64,000 bases of DNA from a virus (IMGVR_UViG_3300045591_000029:64001-128000); one strand, 5' to 3'; positions 48,334 through 59,644 are shown, counted from the first letter of the stretch. The notes: generated from the letters alone by a model not told the origin. Program-made: numbers and translations.

Positions 48334-48346
48334 GGAGGAGAGGGCG

Positions 48347-48925
48347 ATGTCTGCTATTGGACAAATCTACTATCGTGTAGTAGATACAAGTAGCACTGGC
48401 GATGGAAAACATTATATTTCCTCTGGAATTGATATTTACAATGATATTGTAAGTGCTTCTAGTGCCAAATAGTTTACCAAAGTTGGTATTCAGGCTCCAC
48501 CGGGAGCGCAAGTTGTCATGAATGCTAGCAAGACTATCATGATCGGCCGCACTGGTATTTATGAGCTTGATGAAGATATTGTTATTACAAGCATGAAATT
48601 CGTTCGTCCTACGGTTTATATTAAAGACGAGGAAGAATCAGAAAGTAAGAAACAAGAAGGGGAGAAGATTATCAAGGAGGCTAAGGCGGCTCTTGAGGCC
48701 GCTATCGCTGCATTGGGAGAAGAGCCTACTGATCCAACTTCTGATGCTTATAAAACCTATTGGAATGGATATAATGAAGCCAATGAGACTTACATTGCTG
48801 CATTTCAAAAAGGTAGCGCAATTTTAAATCAAGGTCTAAATGGAGTTTACAAGGAAGATAAAACTGTTATTGGCGAGTTAGATAACGTGATTGTAGACTT
48901 TATTTACGATCCACTCTAGGGATAA
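48347..48925 (+). CDS. hypothetical virion protein (recoded)
   Basis: 192-aa frame containing track ORF 48518. Confidence 0.55.
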
Positions 48926-48937
48926 GGAGGTATAGAC

Positions 48938-50857
48938 ATGCAATCTTTCTACGGAGGTCCTGCTGGACAGAGCTTCGAGATTAAAAAGATATTTGAGTCT
49001 TATTACGGTCCTGATGGAGCGCAAGTTGACTTAGATAAAGGATGGGCATCTCCTATCTCTGTGGGCGAATTTGTTATGGTGTCTTATGGCTTGCCATCTG
49101 ACGCTACATACATGACTCGCATGAACTATGACTTAAATGCGGGTGACAAGAAAAACTTAAACTCTACTTTATGGTAGAAAGTATATGACGAGTCTGCGGG
49201 AGAGGGAAGCGGTCTTAGCTATAAGCTCATTTCTTCTTGCACTGGTAATACTCCAAAGATTAGTATTACAAAACCCGCAATCGTGCTTCATGCGAATGAA
49301 CAGCCAGACATTGAAACTGATTTATCTAACCAAGATATGCCAGTTATTCAATTTAAGTTGCCAAGAGCATAGGTATTGTCAATGCCGCAAGAAGCAACCG
49401 TTCTAAATGCGGATGAAAAGCCAAGTGTTGAGTATAACGATGATGATATTGACAATCCAACCTTGCATTTCAATATTCCGCAATCTCAAGTAATTGATTA
49501 GGTTACAGTCGATGTAATTAGTGTTGGAGAAGAACCTAAAGTCAGACTTGACTTAACTGATATTAACCGACCTGTACTTAAATTCCAACTACCTGTAGCT
49601 CAGGAATTTTTAGACAGTAACATTCTTCACGAAGTATTAAATGCTAATGCTGAGCCAACTGTAAGTTTTAGTTATAGCGAAGAAGATACTCTTCACAAGC
49701 ATCCTATCTTGACATTCTCTCTACCTCGTAGCCAAGTAATGGCTGTACCAGAGACGATTACTAGAGCGCCAGACTTTGAGCCTAAAGTAACTGATGTTGG
49801 AACGGTCAATGAACCTAAATTACATTTTGAATTGCCTCGTGCGGTTAAGTTCTATTATGGTAGCTTGTTAGGGCAAAGAACCAATAAAACATATACTCTT
49901 ACCGATCCACTTTTCGCCAATTATGGAGTTGGAGATTACTATATCAATGAAGCTACTGGTTTTATTTATAAAGTAACTAGTAAGACAGATGATACTACTT
50001 GTGTCTTTGAATATCAAGCAAGTATTCAGCAACCGCTACCAGTGGTCAACGCTAGTGCTATCGCTCCTTATATCGAAGGTGACGAAGGATTTAAACCTGC
50101 GGTTCCGCAAGTTGAAAGGACACTAACAAACGCGGAAGGTACCGAATGGCAGCTGGAATTTAAGCTCCCATAGGCTCCGAAGCCCGCAGTTTCTTCTACT
50201 TTTGTTGGTTCGACAGAACAAGGGTCTGTCACTTCTGCTATTACTAGCGAAGATACAGTAACCTTTACTTTTAAGATTCCAACTGGTAGCAAGTTATTCG
50301 CAGGTCTTGAGATTACAGCCGATGGAGCAACTACTACTATTGATGGCGCGAGAATCGGAGATATTTATCTCAATAGTGAGACCGGTGTTTTGTATACTTT
50401 AACCACCAATGGATGGAAAGCTAGTGAGAAGAGTATTAAAGGTCCTGTTGGTGATGCTCTTAATATTGAAGCTGAATACCATTTAACTGAAACTGCGGAG
50501 TTTGCTGCTAGTTTAGCCAATGGTGTCACTTATATTCAGGAACACTATTCTGGTACTATTGATTCTCATAAAATCTTTGCTATTACTTGGGCTTTGCTTG
50601 ATAATGGCGGAGATGTATCTTACTGGTATTATAAAACTAATGCTGGTGAGTGGGATAGAGCGCAATTAACTGGTGGCGTTTCTAGTTTAATTGAGCAGTC
50701 TTACAAGGAAAATGTTGACAATAAGACTTACTCAATCAATTATATTAACTCGCTAATTGGCGGCGATGGAGATACATCAAAAACGGCTTATTCTAAAGAT
50801 TAGGTATAGAGCCTTGTTTCATGGGGATCTTTCCAAGACCTTATAGAAAAGCCTTGA
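48938..50857 (+). CDS. tail fibre-like protein with repeated PxLxFx(I/L)P modules (recoded)
   Basis: About 7 repeats (PVIQFKLP, PTLHFNIP, PVLKFQLP, PILTFSLP, PKLHFELP, QLEFKLP, TFTFKIP); ends TGA. Confidence 0.6.
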
Positions 50858-50876
50858 TTAAAGGGAGGATTTAATA

Positions 50877-51659
50877 ATGGCTTTATTTAAGATTTATAAA
50901 GGTGAGGAAGAACTTCTCACTCAAATTCCCATGCATGAGGGATATGCCTATTTCTGTGAAGATACAGGTAATCTGTTCATTGATATTTCTAATACTACTG
51001 GTGGACGTGTTCAAGTTAACGCATATGCGGCTTCTATTTTGAAGAAAGACACCAAAGAGATTGACATTGATGATATCTTTCTTACTAATATGACTGCTAC
51101 TGTTGCACAGGGTGGCACTGGACAGAAAATTTTAACAGTTAATGCTTTACTGCTCGGTAATGGTACTGATGCAGTTAAGATGGTATCTATCGAGGAAGGT
51201 GCTATTGTAACTGGAAATTCTACTGATGGTGTCTCTGGTCTGTTAGGTACTGGAGCATTATTCGCAGAGGTTTCTGGTGTTCCAAAGTTCGGTACTCTAC
51301 CTATTAAAGCTGGTGGTACCGGTGCTACGACTGCGGCGGCCGCGAGAGCTAACTTAGATGTGTATGGTAAAAGCGAGACAGACAATAAGATGGATGAAGT
51401 AACTACCGTCTCTTATACAGTTACTCTTGCTCAAGCCAACTGGGTACATTCTGGAGATACTTATACCTATTCTTATAGTAATACTAATTTGAAGTGTGGT
51501 AAGAATGGCAATGTGCCTCCAATCATCTCTTGGATTAGTAATCATGATGACTATAACAAGATTGATGATGCACAGGCAACTGTTGGATCTGGTATTACCT
51601 TCACGGCTAGCAAGGCCATTGAGGGAGATATTGAAATCGTCATTATCGACGTAAAATAA
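50877..51659 (+). CDS. tail fibre-associated protein
   Basis: 260 aa, GGTG motifs (VAQGGTG, PIKAGGTGATT), no TAG. Confidence 0.6.
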   Translation: MALFKIYKGEEELLTQIPMHEGYAYFCEDTGNLFIDISNTTGGRVQVNAYAASILKKDTKEIDIDDIFLTNMTATVAQGGTGQKILTVNALLLGNGTDAVKMVSIEEGAIVTGNSTDGVSGLLGTGALFAEVSGVPKFGTLPIKAGGTGATTAAAARANLDVYGKSETDNKMDEVTTVSYTVTLAQANWVHSGDTYTYSYSNTNLKCGKNGNVPPIISWISNHDDYNKIDDAQATVGSGITFTASKAIEGDIEIVIIDVK

Positions 51660-51667
51660 ATAAAAAA

Positions 51668-51710
51668 AAATAGGGGAGAACCTTTTAATTAAGGTTCTCC
51701 CCTATTTTTT
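51668..51710. terminator. bidirectional intrinsic terminator
   Basis: A9-TAGGGGAGAACC-ttttaattaa-GGTTCTCCCCTA-T6 between convergent genes. Confidence 0.85.
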
Positions 51711-51713
51711 GTT

Positions 51714-52163
51714 TTAACGGCAAACTTTGTCTTTAAGATGGTAGTGCGGGATTTCCTCATTAAACCACTTCCAACGAAGATAGTCGTCGAGGAAGATAGC
51801 TATAAGAGCTAATCCGAACCACGCGAATGAGAAAGGAAGACAAATCTGCCCCAATATATTGAAAGGTAAGTTTGAATAGTCCCAAATTCCTAGCTTTAGG
51901 ACTAGATTCAAAATTACGCCGAATACAAATTCAAGTGAGGTAACTATCGCGGCTCCAATAGCCCCTTGTTTAATGATAGACATTTCCCAAGGTATAACCT
52001 CATTTATTTCTCCAATAAGAACGAAACAAAGTCCGCCCAAGAGAAACATTGACCAATGTATCATACCACCACTAATGAAGGTCTTAAACAAGAACTCTAT
52101 AATAAAATAGAGAGAACCTCCAACAGTGAATAAGGTAAGAAACTTATTTAGTTTGGTCTGCAT
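51714..52163 (-). CDS. putative ABC-transporter-permease-like (CmpB/TmpB-type) membrane protein
   Basis: Four TM segments with GGxxYxxIE, HWSMF, WDYSNLPFNILGQIC and W motifs. Confidence 0.65.
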   Translation of the reverse strand: MQTKLNKFLTLFTVGGSLYFIIEFLFKTFISGGMIHWSMFLLGGLCFVLIGEINEVIPWEMSIIKQGAIGAAIVTSLEFVFGVILNLVLKLGIWDYSNLPFNILGQICLPFSFAWFGLALIAIFLDDYLRWKWFNEEIPHYHLKDKVCR

Positions 52164-52809
52164 AATCAAGCTCTACCTGTTCTAGCTCCTCTAAAGAAGC
52201 TGCTCCATAAATAGAGATTTTATACTACTGCATTTGACGATACATTGGATATACAGCCGCAGAGATGGACATAGACAATGCAACAAGATTTTCTAATGTC
52301 CAAGGCTAGCACTCTTCGTGTCGAGCGTGCCATTCCAGAGTTGGAGATTCAATACCTGCCTGAACGGCGATCTGATATTGACTTAAGTTAAGACTAATCT
52401 CAGATTGATCCTCCATTGTAACTCCATATTCTTTTCCATCTGTCCATGTTAATGGATGAGAAGCAAGATACTCTGCGAAAAGTAGCTTGTTCTTCTCTTG
52501 CTTAAGCTCTTTAGCTTCATCTAAACTATAGCGATAAACAAAACTCTGAGTTTCATTATCGAACTTATATAGGTTAGGCGTAACAGTAGATGGAATTTCT
52601 TCAACCTCGATAACGCGAACTGCGTTAGGAGAGTTAATTGTATCAGCTTGGATTAAGACATAATGAGTATCACAATCAGAGCCAATAACCCCAGTGCCTT
52701 CTTCTTCTGAGCAGGCAACGACAATACCATTAGAAGATTGTAGTTTAATGTAACGAAGATTGTCGAGAATATCAACTACAATATTCTCACGATTTAATAA
52801 TACATACAT
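52144..52809 (-). CDS. DUF4376-like tail fibre assembly protein (recoded)
   Basis: Track ORF extends through two TAGs to TAA (221 aa); EDQSEISLNL...WHARHEEC...LEELEQVELDY pattern. Confidence 0.6.
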
Positions 52810-54023
52810 TACTTTATTTCAACTCCTTTGAATAATGAACGAAAATAATTATCCATATCTTGGATAATATAGAAGCTTGAACCTTTAGCGATATGTGCTC
52901 TCCAACCTTGATAAGATTTCTGAATTTCTTCAGTAGGAATTTTACCTTGTTGCCATAGAGCAGCCATTTTACGCAATTTTCTGCGCTAATGCACAATCTT
53001 TTTCTTAAAAGGTATCTAGATTACATGATTTGTAGTAGTTAGATAGAAATTCCATTTAAGATACTTAAATGGAGTACCATGAACCCTATCTTTAGATGCG
53101 ATAGGGGTAATACGCGAGATAGTGGTTTTCTTCTAGTTAAGAGTAAGACCTATATCTTTTAATTTCTTCTCTATCTTAGCTTTACATTCTGCTAAGTATT
53201 TGCTATCGTTACATAGAAGATAAGAGTCATCCATGTAGCGTCCATAATACTTAATATGTAATTCTTCTTTAATGAAATGGTCAACTTCGTTCAAGGCTAG
53301 CAATGCAAACAACTGTGATGTCTGACTTCCTAATCCAAGACTTTTAGCTTCACACTCATAATATTGATGATGCGGTCGGAAAGACTGGATATCCGCAGGT
53401 ATATATTTTCTACCTTTAGCAATATAATACTATTTGCCCGGAATTGGATGCTTATCTTTTGTTAGCTTAAAAGAAAATGTATCAATTAAGTATGAGCATA
53501 ATTCATAGATTTGAGGATCTTTAATAACACGCTTAGCGATTTCTTTAAGAGCCTCATGGTCGATAGAATCAAAGTATTTACGAATATCAATTCGTAAAGT
53601 AAAGAAATCATTTCCTAACCCGTATTCTCTATGAGCCATCTATAAATGTTTCTTTGCTCTTGTTAAAGCAAAATCTATACCTCTATTTTTAAGTGTTGCA
53701 CAGTTATCATAAATAAACTTAGGAGTTAATTCTGGTAATAAGCTCTATTCACATAAAGCATTTTGTACCAGTCTGTCGTTGATATGGCACGCTCTTATAT
53801 CTCGTGGCTTGCCTCGTTCAATGATTGAGAAACAACTAAACACAAGCTACTTGTATTCACAAGCTCGCAAATCAGCTTCTGTTTGTAAGATTGTTTCAAT
53901 TCTATTCTCTTCAAAATTGATTGTACTATCTTTCCATCGAACATTTCGACAAACTCGATAAGAGGAATCATATAATGCGTCAAAACTACAAAAACGCTCG
54001 AAAGATGTCTACTACTAACTCAA
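52809..54023 (-). CDS. DGR reverse transcriptase (404 aa, 10 in-frame TAG)
   Basis: DRLVQ, RGIDFA, IDIRKYFDSIDH, GLGSQTSQ and RYMDD (53226-53237) motifs; TTG start after AAGGAG; adjacent to TR. Confidence 0.92.
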
Positions 54024-54327
54024 CTTCTTTCTCCTTATCATACAGTAATAGCGGTTACTTCGCGAGCTCCGCATCTGTAATCGTATTCATTTATCCGTCG
54101 CAGAGACGAAATAGTCAAGTTCTCCTTAGATGAAAAGGCATCTACCTATAATATACTATTTAATAATATGTTCTATTCCTTCTCCTTCTTAGTCCACAAG
54201 AGTGAACCAATGCATCCAGAATAAACCATAATTAGATGGACAATAATATATTCTGGGGTACTATTCTAGGTGTTGCTCGTCTGCGCTGCTTCGCAGCTTG
54301 ACTTGCAACGTGATAGCTCCATCTAAT

Positions 54328-54427
54328 CCGGCGCGAGGCCATTGCTGTTGTTGTAGTTGTTGTTGTTCGCGTTCCCGTTGTTGTTAACATTGCACACGTT
54401 GTTCGAGTTGTTGTAGTTGCGCGAGCG
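54328..54427 (-). repeat. DGR template repeat (TR)
   Basis: 100 nt, AAC-rich (37 adenines on the coding strand), identical to VR except at adenines. Confidence 0.95.
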
Positions 54428-54459
54428 AAAAATACAGAACTTGACATCTTGTAAAATCA

Positions 54460-54954
54460 TTACCGACCTCTTCTATAACTCTTTGGCTTCTAGTAGGAAT
54501 GCTCGTAGATTAAATAATCTCGATTAACTCTATCCTATAAAGTTTCTTTCATAGCCTTTGTTAAACGAGCAAGATGCTCAAAAGAGCGCCGTTTCTTCTG
54601 GTTAGTCTATGCGTATTCGAAGATACAGAGATCGATTTGACGAAAGATACTGTCGCAATAAGCGATAGCCTAATTCCAATATTTCTTTCGTGCAATTAAA
54701 GTTTCCTAACTATTCAAGTAGATCTCGCTAGCTTGATAGCAGGCGGCATGTATGCCCTTTCCGCATTTGATAATATCTAGCCCGAACGCTTGGAAAGGTT
54801 GTCCCTCTCCAAGCAATCCAGGTTTTTTAATTTGTTTTCCAGATTCGTCAAACTCTCTAGGACGAGTTAAGACTAAAATGTAATTTACCAGTTCGCGTGA
54901 TTTCTAGAGACACTCACGCTTGGATTTATGTCGATCTTTTGTTTTTACAGACAA
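54460..54954 (-). CDS. avd: DGR accessory variability determinant-like protein (164 aa, 6 TAG)
   Basis: TTG start after AAGGAAGG; MSVKTKDRHKS..., basic and helical, located between VR and TR. Confidence 0.7.
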
Positions 54955-55035
54955 AATTAACGCCTTCCTTTCTCATTATTTATATGAGAAAACTGGCTAA
55001 CATTTTAATCTATACTGTCCCACTTTTGAAAGTTT

Positions 55036-56814
55036 TTAATTACCAATGACGAAAGCCGGCGCGAGGCCATAGCTGTTGCTGTAGCTGCCGCGGTTCGCGG
55101 TCCCGTTGCTGTTAACACGGCACACGCGGCTCGAGTTGTTGCAGTAGCGCGAGCGCTCCCATGGATAACCGTAACTACTCGTGGATATATCACCTAAATA
55201 CATGATACGCGTAGCATTACTAGTATAGTAACTATAAGCAAAATTCTTGCCTTGGGTACATTCTGCTTTACTAGTAGAGCTATTAGCAACAGATAATGGA
55301 GAATCAGAATCAAGACCAAATTCTCTTTCTGAAAGTAAGAATACGGTTTCATCATTATAAGTTACATCGCCATTACGAGAACTATTAGTAGATGGACAAG
55401 TGCCTTTTTTAATAGTCTTAATAGAGGCTTTACCGGGAAAAGCGTTATAATAGTTTTGACATAGACTTCTAGCAGTAGAACCAATCCAAACTGCGTTGCT
55501 ACCAAACGCAGTATACTGAGATAAACAGTTTTTAGTCTGGAATGTAACTGTATTATTAGCATCTTGATCTACACCAATAACTCTAATTAAGTGAGTAGTA
55601 GTTCCTAAAACTGCGCTTGAAAGTGTTACAGATTTAGTAGTACCAAGAATAGCACCACCACTACTAGTTTTAATAGACGCGCCACTATGAGATGCAAGAT
55701 AGTTCTTTAATCCGGCAAACCATGCTGCATCAACAGTATCACCATCAGCGCCCCAAGACCAATATTCTGCACTAACAGTAATTGTTTTGTTAGAGGGTGC
55801 AGTATGGTTAGTGCCAGCCGCGACTTTAATCGTAATAGTAGTAGCAGAAACTGGAGTAGAACCATTACCCTTAATAGTAAGAGTATTGCCACTAAGAGAT
55901 AAAGTCAAACCAGAAATACTGGTAGGACTATAACTAATAGCACCATCACCTGCGCGAGTAATAGTAACAGCTACACCGGAACTATAGTTATTACCATTAA
56001 TGGCCACTGTTGTTGGGCTTACATTCAAACTACCTGTTGCTTTATTGATTGTCCAGTTGACATTGATCGCGCTGGTCGTTCCGTCCGCCCAGCGATAATT
56101 GCTTCCTGGTGTAAAGGTAGCAATATAAGTGCCAGCATTAGTTGCAGATGTTGTGTCACCGATAGTCATGTAACTGGTGTTATAGTTATTCCAGTAGCTG
56201 GTGCTACTAACTGACTGCGCGCTTCCAGTATATGTAAGATTACTTTTCCACGTAGGTTTGGCTATAGACTTACGATTGACTGTGACATTAAAAGTCGCAG
56301 TTTGAGTAACTCCATTTTCTGTGTAGCTAATTGTAACTACTTGATTTCCAATAGTTGAAAAAGTTGTTGGAGAACAAGAGTAATCAGTTACAGTTTTAGT
56401 TTGAGAATCGGAATAACTAGCTGTCACTACCATACCCGCGGTAGCAAGAGTATCTCCATACTCATAAGTCAACTTATTGGGTTTAGTAGTTACAGTAATC
56501 GCGGAGAGCCTATGCGTGACTGTGACTGCTAAAGTCGTAGTGCAAGTTTCTCCGCCCTCAGAGTAAGTGATGGTTACGGAAGTAGTACCATCAGCTAAGA
56601 CGCTAGGGGATACAGAATATCCACTAACTTCTGCGGTTGCTAGAACCGCTTGCCCAGTACCATAAGATGCAGTAACGACCATGCCGGCGCTATTGAAGCT
56701 GTCGCCCGCAAGATAGCTGGTCTTAGTAGGCTTAGTGGTGACTTCGATCTTCATAAGAACGATGCCGCTTCCTCCACCTTTTCCGCCTTGCTCAGCTAAA
56801 ATACACTTAGGCAA
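55036..56814 (-). CDS. DGR target: Ig-like-domain adhesin/receptor-binding protein with C-terminal C-type-lectin-like variable domain
   Basis: TTG start after AAGGAGG (592 aa); two TTKPxKxxY...AGMVVTASY Ig-like repeats; C-terminal WERSR..VR..YGLAPAF. Confidence 0.85.
   Translation of the reverse strand: MPKCILAEQGGKGGGSGIVLMKIEVTTKPTKTSYLAGDSFNSAGMVVTASYGTGQAVLATAEVSGYSVSPSVLADGTTSVTITYSEGGETCTTTLAVTVTHRLSAITVTTKPNKLTYEYGDTLATAGMVVTASYSDSQTKTVTDYSCSPTTFSTIGNQVVTISYTENGVTQTATFNVTVNRKSIAKPTWKSNLTYTGSAQSVSSTSYWNNYNTSYMTIGDTTSATNAGTYIATFTPGSNYRWADGTTSAINVNWTINKATGSLNVSPTTVAINGNNYSSGVAVTITRAGDGAISYSPTSISGLTLSLSGNTLTIKGNGSTPVSATTITIKVAAGTNHTAPSNKTITVSAEYWSWGADGDTVDAAWFAGLKNYLASHSGASIKTSSGGAILGTTKSVTLSSAVLGTTTHLIRVIGVDQDANNTVTFQTKNCLSQYTAFGSNAVWIGSTARSLCQNYYNAFPGKASIKTIKKGTCPSTNSSRNGDVTYNDETVFLLSEREFGLDSDSPLSVANSSTSKAECTQGKNFAYSYYTSNATRIMYLGDISTSSYGYPWERSRYCNNSSRVCRVNSNGTANRGSYSNSYGLAPAFVIGN
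55056..55155 (-). repeat. DGR variable repeat (VR)
   Basis: 3' end of the target gene; 16 mismatches to TR, all at TR adenines; shared GC-rich 3' end GGCCTCGCGCCGG. Confidence 0.95.
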
Positions 56815-56869
56815 GATTATAACCTCCTTCGTATCTAGCTCTTTTAAAAATACCAAAAGATTTTCCGAG

Positions 56870-57046
56870 AAAAAGTACACTTTTTTATGGGAAAAATACT
56901 CCCAGAAACTAGATAATAAAAAATTGGGAAAAAGGTATAGAAACCCTTTTCCCTTCAAGTAGGTATCTTACCTTTTCAGATATACATAAAAAACAAGCTA
57001 AGAAAATTATTTATGATTGACCAAAGCCCAGTTAAGTGTACTTTTT
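56870..57046. promoter_or_regulatory. putative invertible segment bounded by 13-bp inverted repeats
   Basis: AAAAAGTACACTT (56870-56882) and AAGTGTACTTTTT (57034-57046); the left site is a palindrome around an asymmetric AC core. Confidence 0.6.
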
Positions 57047-57068
57047 AGAAGATGAAAGGAGAATTAAA

Positions 57069-58354
57069 GTGAGCTTAAAATGTATTTTGCAAGGTCAAGT
57101 AAAAATTACTCCAAATGATTTTGGCCTAGGTACAGAGAATGTTCTATTATGCTTGGATGCGAATGATGCTATATTAAGTGGGTGGTATAGGACAGATAGT
57201 GGCACAGTGAATTTACCTAGTAACCTTAGTACATCTGGAGTTTTATTAGTATCTAGAAGACAAGACAAACGTATATTCCAATAGTATATAGTAATTAACG
57301 GTGGAATAGAGACTGGGACTATGGCGGTACGGACTTCTAGTGGATAGGATGCTATCGTTTGGGACGAATGGGAATTTTTTAATCCTCTTATGAATCAGGG
57401 AGTTGAATATAAGACTATTGAGAGATATCAATCGGCATCATTATATAAAAAAGTAGATGGGGTATTCTTAAATGGCGCCCCGAAGGAGAATCTAATTGGA
57501 AGGCTGTCGCTGAATATATTGGGGCTGTTCGGTATGACGCTAATTAGGAATTATCTGCATCCTCAAAATAGCAAGTACGGAAAAATATGAGTGCGTAGGG
57601 TGGATCATATCTTCATACAGCTCTTTCAAAAATAGGGTGGTATTGTATTATTACTACTACTTCTGACGCTGCTGGATTATTTACTATATATCATCATTAT
57701 GGCAGTGGAGGACCATCATCGCTTAAACTTTTAGTGACTTTTGATTATCACTCTCCTGCTTTAAAGTGTATAGAATGCACTGGAGAAAAATATAATTCAC
57801 AAATCACTAATGTTCGTATGATAAAAACAAGTGATGACAAATATTGTCTTGATGTTTTTTACAATATTAACTATGACCATGATGTAGCTATTGATTTTAT
57901 CAATACTGGCCGATACGAAGTAATTTTACAAGAACCAATATATCTATCGGAGACAGATGATTTATCTGAAGGAGAGACTCTTTTAACTCCAATGGAGTAT
58001 CTCAATCCTCCCATGGAGCTGGGCGTAGAGTATCGCACTACGGAGAGGTATCTTGGTAAGCCGGTGTATGTCAAACTGATAAATTGCGGGAACTTACCCA
58101 ATGGCACAACAAAAGAAGTTGCCCATGGAATTACAAATCTTGATTTTATGGTAGGCGCCCAGGCAATCGCTTCCAATTCAACTAGTGGCTTTAATGGGCA
58201 CACATATCTGCCGGAAATTTATAACGGGTCCTTGACAGATAGATGGACAGACTATCTTGCTGGTATAGACACTAAAAACATCCGCATATTCTGCGGCGGA
58301 TTGGCTGGGTGTCTGGTTTATGTCACATTCAAATATACTAAAACCACAGACTGA
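57069..58354 (+). CDS. second tail fibre/receptor-binding protein, interrupted by a -1 frameshift near 57447-57462
   Basis: GTG start after AAAGGAG; duplicated NPxMxxGVEYxTxERY modules; downstream half lies in the -1 frame. Confidence 0.6.
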
Positions 58355-58366
58355 GGAGGAAACACC

Positions 58367-58966
58367 ATGAAAGTTATCAAGTATCAGCTGTGCACCGAGA
58401 TTAATCACGGCACGGAGGATGAGCCAAATATCGAGCAGGTTTTCTCCGCTGTCACGCTAGGATGGAGCGAGGCAAACGAGACCATCGCCAAGGCCGAAGC
58501 CTACAATGGCGAATATACTGTTGAAGAAGAACTAGATAATCGTCCATTCGAAGAGATTCAAGCTGAAAAATTATCTAATCTCTCAGCAGCTTGCAATCAA
58601 ATCATCGTTGCTGGCATGGATGTAGAAACAACAGAGGGCGTAGAACACTTTAGCCTCGAAGAGACAGACCAAATTAACTTAACGACAGCATTATCCGCAA
58701 TTGAACAAGGAGCCAAGGGATATCCCTACCATGCAGATAAGAAGTTATGCCGTATGTTTACAGCAGTAGAACTCAAGGCAATCGCCGAAAAAGCTACCGC
58801 GCATAAACTATACCACACGACTCTTTGTAATCACCTCTTAATCTTAACAAGACGTGCAACTACAACTGCGGAATTAGATAAAATTACTTATTCTGCGGAT
58901 TGCCTTCCTCCTGATCTCGTGGAGAACATGAAGAAGATTCTAGTCGCGGCGGGGATTACTGAATAA
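58367..58966 (+). CDS. DUF4376-like tail fibre assembly protein
   Basis: AEKLSNLSAACNQII...FSLEETDQINL...YHADKKLC...AELDKITY. Confidence 0.65.
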   Translation: MKVIKYQLCTEINHGTEDEPNIEQVFSAVTLGWSEANETIAKAEAYNGEYTVEEELDNRPFEEIQAEKLSNLSAACNQIIVAGMDVETTEGVEHFSLEETDQINLTTALSAIEQGAKGYPYHADKKLCRMFTAVELKAIAEKATAHKLYHTTLCNHLLILTRRATTTAELDKITYSADCLPPDLVENMKKILVAAGITE

Positions 58967-59038
58967 TTTTACCAAAAAATTTGGCAAAGTTGTTAAATCA
59001 ACTTTGCCAAATTTTCATTATATAATGAGGTGATAAAG

Positions 59039-59644
<606 letters not shown>

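Noticed and set aside
13611-51659. Interpreting TAG-broken genes as pseudogenes or sequencing errors
   Set aside because: Breaks in these genes are TAG with frame preserved and fall at Gln-type positions in essential genes.
54232-54447. Thr-rich 71-aa ORF; AAC/GTT repeats resembling a microsatellite or CRISPR
   Set aside because: This is the DGR template repeat read out of frame; no repeat-spacer structure.
51660-56900. Inversion of the whole 5-kb DGR block by the recombinase
   Set aside because: No matching repeat at the left boundary, which is a bidirectional terminator; only the short 56870-57046 segment has paired sites.
56815-56958. 48-aa N-terminal extension of the DGR target in the ORF track
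   Set aside because: A strong AAGGAGG SD precedes TTG at 56814; the extension crosses the regulatory segment.
57069-58354. Second DGR target in the alternative fibre
   Set aside because: No copy of the TR-like sequence or the GGCCTCGCGCCGG element was found there.
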